From positions 160,001 through 224,000 of the forward strand of contig CAXXKM010000002.1 of assembly GCA_963664435.2 (NCBI GenBank): a DNA stretch of 64,000 bases, read 5' to 3'. Both the position numbers and the translations under genes were made by a program. The DNA is from Longimicrobiales bacterium. GTDB lineage: Bacteria; Gemmatimonadota; Gemmatimonadetes; Longimicrobiales; Gaopeijiaceae. Every line of letters starts with the position of its first letter. The first letter of the stretch is position 1. Below, piece after piece: positions 10,101-24,257 of the stretch. Under the pieces are notes generated by a model. It worked only from the letters and a program-made list of their open reading frames with translations. It was not told the origin of the DNA and did no database searches.

Positions 10101-10112
10101 CCCAACATCGTC

Positions 10113-10322
10113 CTATGCTCCGCCGTCTTCCACTCGGTACGCGGCGCACAGCCGCTTGAGGTCCACGTAGAGGTCGCCGAGCACCTGCGGGTCTTCCCGG
10201 AGGCAATCGATCAGGCGTTCGCTGGAGTCCAGGCCGGCGCTGGGAAGCCGGACGTCCTCGTGGTGATAGACTCCTCTGTCGACGAAGACCAGGCGCACCG
10301 TGGCCGTATCGCCTGCGCTCAT
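10113..10322 (-). CDS. Small hypothetical protein
   Basis: 69-aa globular-looking ORF; ATGA overlap with the dsbA-like gene; GGAGAG RBS. Confidence 0.65.
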   Translation of the reverse strand: MSAGDTATVRLVFVDRGVYHHEDVRLPSAGLDSSERLIDCLREDPQVLGDLYVDLKRLCAAYRVEDGGA

Positions 10323-11062
10323 GGCTCTCCTTCCGTCAACTGCTCGACCGCGTCCTCGATGGTGACGTAGTCGTTGCCGGGAAGCCTTCTCGCGGCTCCG
10401 CTGCCGCGGCTGACCAGAACGCTCGGGGTGCTGGTAAGGCTGAGCGCGGAGGCGAGACGCAGGTTCGCCGATACCCGGCGGGCGTGCCGGTCGGAGTTGA
10501 GGCAGTCGCGGAAGGCGCCTTCGTCCATCCCCAGGGCGCGCGCGTAGCCAACGAAGTTGCCGACCGGATCGCCGGATGAAGCCCAGGAGAACTGGTTTTC
10601 AAAGAGCGTGGTGTGGTAATCCCAGAACCGGTCCTGGTCGCCGGCGCAGTGAGAGGCCCGCGAAGCCAGAAACGAGTTGGAGTGCTGAGCAAGCGGCAGG
10701 TCGTAGAAGACGAACTTCGCCCGCCCCGTGTTGACCAGGTTCAATTCGATGAGGGGCTTGACGCCCGAGGCGAACATGGCGCAGCCCGGACACTGATAGT
10801 CCCCGAACTCCACGACCGAGATGGGCGCGTCGGGGTCTCCCAGTTCGCTGCCGTGCGCGAGATTGACGAGCTCCTCGTCGGAGAGGTCGCCCAGGTCCAC
10901 GGGCTCGGTGACGGCGTTGCTGAACACCGTCGAGCCGGTCGTGTACACGGCTGCCACCACTCCGATGAGCACCACTCCACCGAGAATGAGGTAGAGGCGT
11001 TTGACGCCGCCGCTCGCGGGCTTCTGCCTCTTTTCCTTTCGCTGCTGCGCTCTGCTGGACAT
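10319..11062 (-). CDS. DsbA/thioredoxin-fold disulfide oxidoreductase, membrane-anchored
   Basis: N-terminal TM segment; GDPDAPISVVEFGDYQCPGC (CxxC); cis-Pro loop STPS. Confidence 0.9.
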   Translation of the reverse strand: MSSRAQQRKEKRQKPASGGVKRLYLILGGVVLIGVVAAVYTTGSTVFSNAVTEPVDLGDLSDEELVNLAHGSELGDPDAPISVVEFGDYQCPGCAMFASGVKPLIELNLVNTGRAKFVFYDLPLAQHSNSFLASRASHCAGDQDRFWDYHTTLFENQFSWASSGDPVGNFVGYARALGMDEGAFRDCLNSDRHARRVSANLRLASALSLTSTPSVLVSRGSGAARRLPGNDYVTIEDAVEQLTEGEP

Positions 11063-11220
11063 CTCTGCACTCCGTCGCCGGTCGTTGTCGATAAACCACG
11101 CGCGTCTGTTCGCGTGATGGGGTGGCGGGCGCGACAGGCGCCCCGCACCTCCGGCCGCAGGCTAAACTTGGCGCGTCGGCGAACCCGCGCACAAGATGGG
11201 CGCCCCGCGCCGGACCCCTG

Positions 11221-11907
11221 TTACGCCATGAGCACGTCGACCACGTCCCGGGTGCGGGTCAGGTCGCGCGCGACGTGGTCCGCGCCGGTGGCCTCGAGTT
11301 CCGCCGCGCTGAAATGCCCGGTGGCCACGGCGAAGGTGCGCGCCCCGAAGTGCCGGCCGCATTCCACGTCGAGCGGGGTGTCCCCCACGACCACCACCGA
11401 CTCGGGAGGGAAGCGCACCCCCCACACCTGCTCCGCCCGCCCGACCGCGATGGCGGGCAGGTGGTTGCGGCTTTCCCGGTCGCAGCCGAAGCCGCCCGCC
11501 GGGAACGCATCCGCCGCCAGTCCGGCCGAACCCAGCTTGAGGCGCGCGCCCTCGCGGATGTTGCCGGTGACCAGGCCCATGGCGACCTCCGCGCAATCCT
11601 CCAGCGCCGCCAGAAGTTCGCGCACGCCCGCCAGGGCGGTGACCGGCTTCGCCGGCAGGCGCCGCTCGAGTTCACGCGGGTAGAGCGTCCACATTCGGGG
11701 CAGTCCCTCGTCGATGCGGGCGTCGTCCAGTCCGGCCTTGCGCAGGAGTTCGCGCGCGATCTGCGGGTCGGTCCTGCCCGCGAAGGACACCAGGTGCAGC
11801 GGGCCGGTGGTGCCGTACACCTCCATCAGCGCCGCGGTAAACGCCTCCTTGGCCGGGCCGCCCCACACCAGGGTGCCGTCGATATCGAAGAGGATGAGGC
11901 GCTTCAC
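11221..11907 (-). CDS. HAD-superfamily hydrolase
   Basis: LILFDIDGTL (motif I), LVTGN (II), VVVGDTPLD (IV). Start GTG 11907; the upstream part of the ORF-track entry is a shadow of the dehydratase. Confidence 0.88.
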   Translation of the reverse strand: MKRLILFDIDGTLVWGGPAKEAFTAALMEVYGTTGPLHLVSFAGRTDPQIARELLRKAGLDDARIDEGLPRMWTLYPRELERRLPAKPVTALAGVRELLAALEDCAEVAMGLVTGNIREGARLKLGSAGLAADAFPAGGFGCDRESRNHLPAIAVGRAEQVWGVRFPPESVVVVGDTPLDVECGRHFGARTFAVATGHFSAAELEATGADHVARDLTRTRDVVDVLMA

Positions 11908-11948
11908 GACAGCTTGGGCCGGGAGGGAACCAGGTTCATTCAGCTTGG

Positions 11949-12923
11949 TCAGGCTGCCGTTCCCGCCGACGCATCCGCGCGCGCCACCAGGGCGGCGACG
12001 TCGGCGTTGCCGCCGCTGATCACGGCCGCGACCCGGTCGCCGAAGTCGGCGGCCCCCGACCGCAGCGCCGCAACCGTGGCCGCCCCCGAGAACTCCGCGA
12101 CCAGCCTGGCGCGCTCCAGCAGGAAGACGGCCGCCTCGCGGATGGCGGCGTCGGACACGAGCACCACGTCGTCCACGAGGTCGCGCACGAGGGCGTAGGT
12201 GAGGTCGCCCACCTGCACCGGCGCCAGCCCGTCGGCGATGGTGTCGATGCGGTCGATGCGCACCACCCGGCCCGCGTCCAGCGCGGCCCGCATCGACGGC
12301 GCTCCCTCGGGCTCCACCCCGATGATGCGCACGTCGGGGCGCAGGGCCCGCAGCGCCAGCGCCGTTCCCGCCGCCAGCCCGCCGCCCCCGATGGGAACGA
12401 CCGCGGTGTCCACGTCGGGCCAGTCCGCGGCGATCTCCAGGCCCACCGTGCCCTGGCCCGAGACGATGTCCGGGTGGTCGAAGGGCGGGACGATGACCAG
12501 CCCCTCGGCGGCGGCGATCTCCTCCGCCCGCGCGCGGCGCTCCACCGAGGTGGTGCCCTCGAACACGACCTCGGCCCCGAGCCGGGCCGCGCCCCGATGC
12601 TTCACGGCCGGCGCCGTGGTCGGCATGACCACCACTGCGCGAACCCCGCGGATGCGGGCCGCCAGCGCCACCCCCTGGGCGTGGTTGCCCGAGGAGTAGG
12701 TGACCACCCCGCGCGCCACATCCTCGTCGGAGAGCTGCGCGATGAAGTTGTAGCTCCCGCGCAGCTTGAAAGCGCCGCAGCGCTGGAGCGACTCGCACTT
12801 CAGGCGCACGCTCGCGCCCACCTCTTCGGAAAGTTCGGGGGACCAGAGCAGCGGCGTGCGCACCGCAACGCCTTCCAGGCGCGCCGCCGCCGCACGTACG
12901 CTTTCGAGCGATGGAGCCGTCAC
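11949..12923 (-). CDS. PLP-dependent threonine/serine dehydratase family protein (no regulatory domain)
   Basis: [16 protein letters not shown] (PLP Lys), [20 protein letters not shown]. Confidence 0.9.
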   Translation of the reverse strand: MTAPSLESVRAAAARLEGVAVRTPLLWSPELSEEVGASVRLKCESLQRCGAFKLRGSYNFIAQLSDEDVARGVVTYSSGNHAQGVALAARIRGVRAVVVMPTTAPAVKHRGAARLGAEVVFEGTTSVERRARAEEIAAAEGLVIVPPFDHPDIVSGQGTVGLEIAADWPDVDTAVVPIGGGGLAAGTALALRALRPDVRIIGVEPEGAPSMRAALDAGRVVRIDRIDTIADGLAPVQVGDLTYALVRDLVDDVVLVSDAAIREAAVFLLERARLVAEFSGAATVAALRSGAADFGDRVAAVISGGNADVAALVARADASAGTAA

Positions 12924-15532
12924 CCGGTACCCTCCCGGTCGGCTCCGGCCACCACCTCCCGTTCAGCCGGGACACCGTCGTCTTCGGCCTCGACCACGGC
13001 CTCCTCTCCGTTGTCGCCCATCACCCGCGCCAGATCCACCAGCTCGTCGTTCTTGTCCAGGTTGAGCAGGCGCACGCCCTGCGTCGCCCGGCCGATCACG
13101 CGGATCTCCTCCACCCGCTGCCGGTTCACCACGCCGTTGCGCGTGATCAGCATGAGCTCGTCGGACGGGTGCACGGCCTTCACCGCCACCACCGGACCGG
13201 TCTTTCCGGTCGTCTTCATGTTGATGACCCCGAATCCCCCGCGCCGCTGCAGCCGATACTCGTCGACCGCCGACCGCTTGCCCATGCCGCCCCGGGTGGC
13301 CACCAGGATCGACGAGTCCTCGGAGGGGACCATCATGCCCACGACTTCATCGCCTTTGCGCAGGCGAATGCCGGAAACCCCGCGCGCCACCCGACCCATC
13401 GGGCGAACATCCGATTCATTGAAGCGGATGGCCTTGCCCGCGCGCGTGCCCAGGAGAACCTCGCTTGCGCCGTCCGTGATCTGAACGTCGATCAGCTCGT
13501 CGTCCTCATCGATCCGAATGGCGTGGATGCCCACCATGCGGACGTTGCCGTACGCCGACAGCGGGGTCTTCTTGACGATGCCCTTGCGGGTGCAGAACAG
13601 CAGGTAGCAGTCCGGCGCGAAGGTGCGCACCGGCACGAACGCCGCGATCCCGTCCTTCGGGTCGATGTTGCGCAGATTCACCACCGGCTTCCCGCGCGAG
13701 TAGCGTCCCGCGTCGGGCGCCTCCCAGACCTTGATCCAGTGGCACTTCCCCGACCGGGTGAAGATCATCAGGTAGTCGTGGGTGGAGGCCACGAAGAGGT
13801 GCCCGACCTCGTCCTCGTCCTTGGTGGCCATGCCCTTTAGCCCGCGTCCGCCGCGCCGCTGCGCGCGATACGTGGTCAGCGGGATGCGCTTCAGGTAGCC
13901 CTGCCGGCTGACGGTGAGCACGACCTCCTCGTCCTTGATGAGGTCCTCCATCTCCAGGTCCGCCACGCCGGTGAGGATCTCGGTCCTTCTTTCGTCCCCG
14001 AACCGCTTCGCGACTTCCCGGAGCTCCTCGACGATGATCTGCATGCGCCTGGGTCTGCTGGAGAGGATTTCATCCAGCTCCGCGATGACGGCGCGCACCT
14101 CGGTCAGTTCGCCCTCCAGCTTGTCGATCTCGAGGCCGGTGAGACGGGCCAGACGCATGTTGAGGATGGCCTCGGCCTGACGCTCGGTGAGGCGGGCGGA
14201 GGGTGCGTCGCCGGCCTCCTCCTCCAGCAGCCGGGCATCCTCGGCCAAGTCGGCGCGCCGGGCCAGCTCCTTCGCGTCCACCGGGAACGTCTCCGCCCTC
14301 AGGCGCGCCATCGCAGTGGCGGTATCGGGCGAGGAGCGGATGATGGCGATCACCCGGTCGATGTTGTCGACGGCGATCTTGAGCCCCTCGAGGATATGCT
14401 CGCGCGCCCTCGCCTTCGCGAGCCTGAACTCGCTTCGCCGCACCACCACGTCGTGCCGGTGGTCCACGAAGTGGAAGAGGATTTCGCGCAGTCCCATGAC
14501 CCGGGGCACGCCGTTCACCAGCGCGAGCAGGATGGTGCCGAAGGTCGCCTGCATCTGGGTGTGCTTGTAGAGCAGGTTGAGCACCACCTGGGGGACCGTG
14601 GCGCGCTTCAGCTCGATCACGATGCGCATGCCGTCGCGGTCCGACTCGTCGCGCAGCGCCGACACCTGGGTGAGCTTCTTCTCGCGCACCATCTGGGCGA
14701 TCTGCTCGATCAGGCGGGTCTTGTTGACCATGAAGGGGATCTCGCGCACGACGATGCGGGCGTTGCCGCGCGTGCTTGCCTCGTCCACGTCGGCGCGGGC
14801 GCGCATCACGATGCGGCCGCGGCCGGTGCGGTAGGCGTCCCGGATGCCGCGGCGGCCGCAGATGAAGGCCCCGGTCGGGAAGTCCGGCCCGGTGACGATG
14901 CTCTCCAGCGTCTCCTGCGGAAGATCCGGATTCTCGATCAGGGCGATGGTGGCGTCCACCACCTCGCGCAGGTTGTGGGGCGGAATGTTGGTGGCCATTC
15001 CCACCGCGATGCCCGAGCTGCCGTTGACGAGCAGGTTGGGCGCGCGCGCGGGAAGCACCGTGGGCTCGTCGATGCGGCCGTCGAAATTGGGGATGAAGTC
15101 AACGGTCTCTTCATCGATGTCGGTGAGCAGCTGGGTCGCCAGCGGGGTGAGCCGGGCCTCGGTATACCGGTAGGCCGCGGGGGAATCGCCATCGATGGAA
15201 CCGAAGTTGCCCTGGCCGTCCACCAGCGGGTAGCGCAGCGAGAAGTCCTGCACCATGCGCGCCATGGAATCGTAGACCGCCGAGTCGCCGTGCGGGTGGT
15301 ACTTGCCGAGCACCTCGCCGACGACGGTCGCGCTCTTCTTGTAGGGGCGTGTGGGGCCGAGCCCCAGCTCGCTCATGGCGTAGAGAATGCGACGGTGTAC
15401 GGGCTTCAGGCCGTCGCGAACGTCGGGGAGCGCGCGGCGCACGATGACGCTCATCGAGTAATCGATGAACGACTCCCGCATCTCGTCTTCAAGCAGCCGC
15501 GCGAGTATCCGTTCTCCTGGGGCCGATTCCAT
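12920..15532 (-). CDS. gyrA: DNA gyrase subunit A
   Basis: [29 protein letters not shown] (catalytic Tyr), GyrA-box QRRGGRG, C-terminal pinwheel repeats. Confidence 0.96.
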   Translation of the reverse strand: MESAPGERILARLLEDEMRESFIDYSMSVIVRRALPDVRDGLKPVHRRILYAMSELGLGPTRPYKKSATVVGEVLGKYHPHGDSAVYDSMARMVQDFSLRYPLVDGQGNFGSIDGDSPAAYRYTEARLTPLATQLLTDIDEETVDFIPNFDGRIDEPTVLPARAPNLLVNGSSGIAVGMATNIPPHNLREVVDATIALIENPDLPQETLESIVTGPDFPTGAFICGRRGIRDAYRTGRGRIVMRARADVDEASTRGNARIVVREIPFMVNKTRLIEQIAQMVREKKLTQVSALRDESDRDGMRIVIELKRATVPQVVLNLLYKHTQMQATFGTILLALVNGVPRVMGLREILFHFVDHRHDVVVRRSEFRLAKARAREHILEGLKIAVDNIDRVIAIIRSSPDTATAMARLRAETFPVDAKELARRADLAEDARLLEEEAGDAPSARLTERQAEAILNMRLARLTGLEIDKLEGELTEVRAVIAELDEILSSRPRRMQIIVEELREVAKRFGDERRTEILTGVADLEMEDLIKDEEVVLTVSRQGYLKRIPLTTYRAQRRGGRGLKGMATKDEDEVGHLFVASTHDYLMIFTRSGKCHWIKVWEAPDAGRYSRGKPVVNLRNIDPKDGIAAFVPVRTFAPDCYLLFCTRKGIVKKTPLSAYGNVRMVGIHAIRIDEDDELIDVQITDGASEVLLGTRAGKAIRFNESDVRPMGRVARGVSGIRLRKGDEVVGMMVPSEDSSILVATRGGMGKRSAVDEYRLQRRGGFGVINMKTTGKTGPVVAVKAVHPSDELMLITRNGVVNRQRVEEIRVIGRATQGVRLLNLDKNDELVDLARVMGDNGEEAVVEAEDDGVPAEREVVAGADREGTG

Positions 15533-15740
15533 GCAGATTCCTCGTGGGGTTTACGCTCGTGTGGGATTGGGAAGGAGGGAAGGGAGGACGGCTGTCACCG
15601 GTGGCGGGTCGTCGGCGAGGGATGGCTTCGGACAGACCCGCGTCCGCGACTTCCTGATGCGGACAGCAGAAATGCGCTACCGGCCGCCACCGCCTTCATC
15701 CGCGACGAGGACGGGACGAAACAAACTCTCGTGTTGGGCC

Positions 15741-16097
15741 TCAGGTGCCCGGGGCCGGATAGTAGATGGCGAGCGCGTGGCCGATGAGTCCCTGGTTGCG
15801 GCCGATGTCGGCGGTCGCCTGGCTGCGCGTGGTGTCCTCGATGCGCTCGAAGATGATGGCATCCGCGCCCAGCGCCGCGGCTTCGGTGCGGAGCAGAAGC
15901 AGGATGTCTTGGTTCGATGTGCCCAGGGGGGCGCGGGCGGTTATGGGACCGATCGTCCGGTACCCGTCGCGGGCGGCCTGACCCATCGTGGGAATGATGA
16001 CTTCAACTTCTTCCGGACCCGCCTTGGGGGGCAGCTGCACGCCGGCGCACGCCGCCAGAACTCCGGAGAAAGCGAGAATGGCGAGAACTTTCCTCAT
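15741..16097 (-). CDS. Small lipoprotein, possibly YbjQ/heavy-metal-binding-like fold
   Basis: Lipobox LAAC; LRTEAAALGADAII pattern; GAGGAG RBS before ATG 16097. Confidence 0.6.
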   Translation of the reverse strand: MRKVLAILAFSGVLAACAGVQLPPKAGPEEVEVIIPTMGQAARDGYRTIGPITARAPLGTSNQDILLLLRTEAAALGADAIIFERIEDTTRSQATADIGRNQGLIGHALAIYYPAPGT

Positions 16098-16327
16098 CCC
16101 CTTCTCCTCGTGAGATGAAACCAATTGGGGCCGATTCCTCGGCGGTCCTGCGGAACCCCTTAAACTAACGGAATGGGTAGGGGAGAGCTACGTTTGCGGC
16201 ACCTCGATCACGCCCCTTTCAACAGGTCGCCAGGGACAGAACCGACCCGGGACTTCCGGCCGCCGGCAACAGGCTGCCGGGTGCCTTCGGCGAAGGGCCG
16301 ACCAGGTGAAGCGTCGTCCGTTCGCGC

Positions 16328-18460
16328 CTATCCGCCGGGGATCTCGGTCAGCTCCACGACGACCGGGGATCCCGTCGATTCGACCCGAACCAGCACATGA
16401 GGCCGCGCGGCGGTAAAGTACGCGCGCTGGTTGCCCTCCCCGCCGCTGAAGCTGACCTCGATGACCTCGAATGTCCCGCCCGGAACCGTGATCTCGGTGC
16501 TGCCCCGGACCCGAAGGGTCACCGTGCGCGCCCGGCCGCTCTGGGGCTGGACGACCGGATAGCGAAGTTCCAGCCCTTCCTCCAGCTCCGAAATCCACGC
16601 CACCAGCTCATACATCTCCCCCAGCAGAGCCCCGCGCACCACTTCACGTTCGATCTCGGTCGCTTCCCGGCCGGTCGCGGCCGCGCGGCCGCTGACGCGC
16701 TCGCCATCCATCTCCAGCTCCCAGCTCGCCTGCCCCTCCGCGGTAACCAGCCGGAAGGTATTGGCGATCGGCCGGAAGCTGCGCGGTGAAAAGAACACCT
16801 CCGATACCTGGGTGATGTTGTTGGCGCGCACCGTGCTGCTGAGAGACATTGCGCGCTCGTCGTTGCGGGTGGCGAAGCCCAGCACCCGCTCCATGTCCGC
16901 GACCTTGCGATTCTGCACCATCAACTGGTAGCGCCAGATGCCGGGCTCGAGCACCGAGGGGTCGTAGGCGATGTCGGAGTCCCTTACCTCCACGTCGTCG
17001 ATGGTGAGCTGGTTGCCTTCTGCGTCGACCATGCGCACGCGGCCGAAGCGGGTGAGGTTCGAACGGACCTGCGTGGCGTCGCCGACCACCACGACCACGG
17101 CCTGTTCCGGATCGAAGTGCTCCATCAGAGCGCCCTGGATGTCCTCCGGCGCGACCGCGGCGACCCGGTCGCGGTACGACTCCAGCTCCTCGGTGGAGCG
17201 GCCCCGCAACCGATAGGTGGCGACCTGGTTGGCGATCGCCTGGGGCGTCTCGATGGTCCGCGGGAACGACCCGATGAGGTAGTCCTGGACATCCGTCAAT
17301 TCATCGGCGGGAACCGGCTCGGATCGAATGAGGTCGACCTGGTTGAGCAGCTCCGCGAGGGCGCTGTCGGTGACCTCGCTGCGCACCTCGGCGTTGGCGA
17401 GGAAATAGCCCAGATCCCGCTTGCGCACGGCGGACGTGTACGATCCGTACGTCCAGCCCCTGTCCTCGCGCAGCACCTGGAAGAGACGGCCGGTGCTGGA
17501 GCCGCCCAGTACGCGGCTGCCCAGGTTGAGCGGCATCCAGTCCTCGTGGTCGCCCTTCATGGCGGACTTCCCGACCAGGATGGTCGACTGTACCGATTCC
17601 GGCCGGTGCACCAGGATGATCTCCTTTTCCTCGCGCACAGGAATGTCGAAGTAGGTGGGCGGGCGCGAGGGACCGGGCTCCCAGTCGGCCAGCGCCTCGT
17701 TGAGGCGGGCTTCGATGTCGTCCACGGTCACGTCGCCCGCGACGACCACGAGCGAGTTGGTGGGTTTGTAGTGGCGCAGGTGGAAGGCGATCAGGTCGGA
17801 ACGCCGGATTCTCTCGATGCTCTCGGGCGTCGGGAGGAGGCCGTAGGGATGACGTCCATACACCGCCTGCTGGAACTCGCGGCTGGCCAGGAATCCGGGC
17901 GAGCCGAGCTGCACCTGCAGGCCCGTGACCGTCTGCTGGCGGTACAGGTCGATCTCTTCATCGGGGAAGCGCGGGTTGACGACGATGTCGCCCAGGAGCT
18001 CGAGGCCGGCGTCGAGCTGGGTCGTCACGACGCCGAGAACCACGTTCGTCCAGTCGTCTCCCGCGGCCGCGGACAGGTTCGCGCCGATATGGTCGGCGGC
18101 ATCCGCGATGTCCAGCGCGGTCCGGTTGTCCGTGCCCTTGTTGAGCAGGCTGGCCACCATCCCCGCCACGCCCGCGCGGTTGCGGGGATCGGCGGCGTTG
18201 CCCGCCCGCACCACGAGGTTGACGGTGACGTACGGCAGCTCGTCGTGGGGCACCACGATCAGGTCGGCCCCGTTGGACAGCAGCCGCTCCTCGAAGGCCG
18301 GAAACGGGATGTCGTCGAACGGCAGGGGCTCGGGAGGACCCTGCTGGGCGGCGACCGGGAAAGGGCTCGCCAGCATCAGCAGCGCCGGGACCAGCGCGCC
18401 GCGCCTCGTCCGATGAGCGCAAGACCTCGTCCGACCCGCGTTCAGGCGATGTGCGTTCAT
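16328..18460 (-). CDS. M16 family zinc protease, non-catalytic subunit with extra C-terminal beta domain
   Basis: LSNGADL, LLNKGT, HPYG, VLGGSSTGRLFQVLREDRGWTYG; no HxxEH; C-terminal ITVPGGTFEV domain. Start ATG 18460. Confidence 0.85.
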   Translation of the reverse strand: MNAHRLNAGRTRSCAHRTRRGALVPALLMLASPFPVAAQQGPPEPLPFDDIPFPAFEERLLSNGADLIVVPHDELPYVTVNLVVRAGNAADPRNRAGVAGMVASLLNKGTDNRTALDIADAADHIGANLSAAAGDDWTNVVLGVVTTQLDAGLELLGDIVVNPRFPDEEIDLYRQQTVTGLQVQLGSPGFLASREFQQAVYGRHPYGLLPTPESIERIRRSDLIAFHLRHYKPTNSLVVVAGDVTVDDIEARLNEALADWEPGPSRPPTYFDIPVREEKEIILVHRPESVQSTILVGKSAMKGDHEDWMPLNLGSRVLGGSSTGRLFQVLREDRGWTYGSYTSAVRKRDLGYFLANAEVRSEVTDSALAELLNQVDLIRSEPVPADELTDVQDYLIGSFPRTIETPQAIANQVATYRLRGRSTEELESYRDRVAAVAPEDIQGALMEHFDPEQAVVVVVGDATQVRSNLTRFGRVRMVDAEGNQLTIDDVEVRDSDIAYDPSVLEPGIWRYQLMVQNRKVADMERVLGFATRNDERAMSLSSTVRANNITQVSEVFFSPRSFRPIANTFRLVTAEGQASWELEMDGERVSGRAAATGREATEIEREVVRGALLGEMYELVAWISELEEGLELRYPVVQPQSGRARTVTLRVRGSTEITVPGGTFEVIEVSFSGGEGNQRAYFTAARPHVLVRVESTGSPVVVELTEIPGG

Positions 18461-19841
18461 GGAATCACTCCTCCGGTAGGCCGGGCGACGACCACGGTTC
18501 GATTCTCGGGAACGAGGTATTTGCGCGCGACGTTCAGCACGTCGTCGAGGGTCACGGCCTCGTAGCGCGCAAGCACGTTGTTGACCTCGAAGGGATCGCC
18601 GTGCGTGAGCGCGAAGGACTGCAGGATGCTGGCCTTGGCGCTGACCGTCATGCGGCTCGCAACCTGGGCGGCGCGCTGCTGGTTGAGCGCCTTCTCCAAC
18701 TCGCGTTCGGTGATGCCTTCCGCCTTCAGCTTTTCGATCTCCTCCTCGATGACCGCGCGGATGTCTTCGATGTTGCCGCCGGCGTGCGGGAGGCTTCCGA
18801 ACAGCATGAGTCCGGACCCGAGCCGCTGCTGCAGCCCGGAGATGACGGCCGGAGCCAGCTCGTCCTGCTTGACCAGGCGCTGGTGCAGGCGGCTGCTCTC
18901 GCCCGCGCTGAAGACCTGGGAAAGCACGGCCAGCGGGTAGACGTCCGGGTGGCCGGCCTCCGGGACGTTGTATCCCATGTAAAGGAACGGCAGCCGGGCG
19001 TGCTCGTCGCTGACCGACGCCGCGCGTTCGCCGTCGGTGCGCGGCGTGACCGGCGGTTCGGGGAGCGGGGGCACGTCCTCCCCCCGGGGAATGGCGCCGA
19101 AATACTCCTCCGCCAGCGCGCGGATCTGGTCGGTGGTCACCGCACCGGCCACCGACAGAGTCGCGTTGTTGGGTACGTAGTAGCGCTCGTAGAAGTCCTT
19201 GACGTCGTCCGTGGTGGCCGCGTCGAGATCCTCCATGGAGCCGATCGGCGTATGCCGGTAGGGCTCGTAGTCGGTGGAGAGCGAATCCAGGACGATGTTC
19301 GCCTGTGCGTACGCCACGTTGTCGATGCGCAGACGGCGCTCCTCCTTCACCACTTCGCGCTGGTTCTCGAAGCCGCGTTCGCTCACCACCAGCCGGGCCA
19401 TGCGCTCCGCGTGCAGCCAGAAGGACAGGTTGACCCGGTTGGAGGGGAGGGTCTCGAAGTACGCCGTGCGGTCGGTCGAGGTGGTGCCGTTGTAGGTGCC
19501 GCCGGCGTTGTTGACCAGCCGGGCGAAGTCGCCGTTGCCCAGGTTCTCGGTCTCCTCGAACACCAGGTGCTCGAAGAAGTGCGCGAACCCCGTGCGGCCG
19601 GGGACCTCGTGCGCGCTGCCCACGTGGTACCACATGTTGACCGACACCACCGGCGCCGAGTGGTCCTCGCTCACGATCACGCGCAGTCCGTTGTCGAGCG
19701 AGAAGGTGTCGATGGGGATCGGGGGCAGTTCGAAGGCCTGGGCGTGCGCCGGCCCGGCCGTGACGGCCCAGACCAGCGCCAGGCATGCCAGGACGGCGGT
19801 CACGCAGGGTGGAAGCGCCACCGCGCCGATTCGTTTTGTGT

Positions 19842-19845
<4 letters not shown>
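18457..19845 (-). CDS. M16 (pitrilysin/insulinase) zinc protease, catalytic subunit
   Basis: WYHVGSAHE, GFAHFFEHL (HxxEH), NGTTSTDRTAY, VVKEERR, YYVPNNA; signal peptide; GTG 19845 overlaps the uvrA stop. Confidence 0.92.
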
Positions 19846-22685
<2,840 letters not shown>

Positions 22686-22712
22686 GGGGAAAGATACTAC
22701 GAGGTAGGGGGC

Positions 22713-22762
22713 GTCTGCCATTTTGGCAGAGTCTGCGGGACAAGTCTGCCATTTTGGCAGAG
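22713..22762. promoter_or_regulatory. Two tandem identical 19-bp palindromic operator-like sites upstream of uvrA
   Basis: GTCTGCCATTTTGGCAGAG at 22713-22731 and 22744-22762 (31-bp period); core TCTGCCA-N3-TGGCAGA is a perfect inverted repeat. Confidence 0.75.
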
Positions 22763-22973
22763 GTGACCCTTGCCGGTGCGGTCCACGCCCGCTTTTGCGC
22801 CTTCGCCGGCGACCGACTTCCGGCGTACAATGAATGCGATCCACTGAACGCGCCTGACGTTGGCGAGATGCCGCCGGCTGCCTTCGCATCGGAATGCTGA
22901 TCCGCCGCGTCCATGACGCCTCCGATAGCCTATGGGCGACTCACACAACCCCTTGGCGGAGGGACGGACCTGA

Positions 22974-24233
22974 ATGCCGAAGCCGACAAGAATGATGACG
23001 ACAACAACGCGACCGAGCTACCTCCCGCCGCTCCTCACTCTGGCGCTCCTGGTGGCCTGCGGTGATGCCGGGGACGGATCGGCCACCGGCGCCGCCGGCA
23101 CGCTGGACGGCCCCGACGTGATTCTGAACGCCGTGACCGAGGACGTCTTCACGGTCGGGTCGGTTATGGGCGACACGTGGGACACGTTCGGCAATGTGCG
23201 CTCGGTGCACTTCGACGCGCATGCCAACCTGCACATCTTCGATAGCCAATTCGATCACATTCTGGTGGTCGGGCCGGAGGGGTCGCTGATCCGTACCGTC
23301 GGAGGACGGGGAGAGGGACCCGGAGAGTTCGACAACGTCACCCAGGCGATCGTCGCGCGCGACGGCTCCTATACGGTGATGGGATTCACGCAGATCGACC
23401 TTCTCGAATCCGGCGGCGAGTTCGTGCGGCGCATTACCATGGACCCGATGACGACGGGTATGGCCATGGCCAGCATGGCGCTCCCCGACGGTCGCCTCGT
23501 CACCACGCAGATCGTGCGCTTCGGCGAAGACGAACAGCCGGAAGAAGCCGGTCGTCCGATCCACCTCTTCCCCTTGGATGGCACCGAGCCGGAACTCCTC
23601 TACACTGCCTGGGAGCTGCCCGAGGAGGACGAAGACGAATCCGAGCTGAGCGGGGACATGGAAACCGGCATGCGCATGCGTTTTGCCGCGGGCCGCGCCT
23701 TCGAGCCGCGCCTCGATATCGATTTGCTGACCGATGGCCGCCTCGCGTTGATCGACTCGATCGGCTACCGCGTCAAGCTCATCGGGCTCGACGGAAGTGT
23801 CACCGGAACCATCGAGCGGCCGATTGCGCCGCTTCCCGTCGATAACGGGATCAGGGAGGCCGAACGCGAGCGCTACCGCGAACGCGAGGCCGCGTCGCTT
23901 GAGAGCGCACGCAACACCAACTTGCCCATCCAGATCGAGCGGGAGGGAGTGGAGGAGCGCACCTTCGCCGACGAGGTGCCAGTCCTGTGGGGCTTGAAGG
24001 TGGACTGGGAAGACCGAATCTGGGTCGAGCGCCGGGGTCCGACGGGTGACGACGACGGCCCGACCGACATCGTGACAGCCGATGGGGACTACATCGGCAC
24101 CCTGCCGGCGGAGGGACTCCGGACGCCGGACGCCTTCGGCCCCGGTGGACTCATGGCCTACATCGAAAGCGATGACCTGGAAGTGCCGACCGTCCGCGTG
24201 GTCAGGCTGATTCCGCTGGAGCCGCAAGGCTAA
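22974..24233 (+). CDS. 6-bladed beta-propeller lipoprotein
   Basis: Lipobox LVAC; GGRGEGPGEF; C-terminal DWEDRIWV...GDYIGT and EVPTVRV patterns. Confidence 0.8.
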   Translation: MPKPTRMMTTTTRPSYLPPLLTLALLVACGDAGDGSATGAAGTLDGPDVILNAVTEDVFTVGSVMGDTWDTFGNVRSVHFDAHANLHIFDSQFDHILVVGPEGSLIRTVGGRGEGPGEFDNVTQAIVARDGSYTVMGFTQIDLLESGGEFVRRITMDPMTTGMAMASMALPDGRLVTTQIVRFGEDEQPEEAGRPIHLFPLDGTEPELLYTAWELPEEDEDESELSGDMETGMRMRFAAGRAFEPRLDIDLLTDGRLALIDSIGYRVKLIGLDGSVTGTIERPIAPLPVDNGIREAERERYREREAASLESARNTNLPIQIEREGVEERTFADEVPVLWGLKVDWEDRIWVERRGPTGDDDGPTDIVTADGDYIGTLPAEGLRTPDAFGPGGLMAYIESDDLEVPTVRVVRLIPLEPQG

Positions 24234-24257
24234 CGCAATCCGCGCCTCGGCCAAGGC

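Noticed and set aside
14190..14295. About 30-aa insertion in the GyrA coiled-coil region as an intein or novel domain
   Set aside because: No intein motifs; lineage-specific insertions at this position are known in GyrA.
16125..16327. Possible ncRNA or riboswitch in the intergenic region
   Set aside because: Only short GC hairpins; no recognisable family motif.
22713..22762. TGGCA-containing repeats as sigma54 promoters
   Set aside because: No GC at the required GG-N10-GC spacing on either strand.
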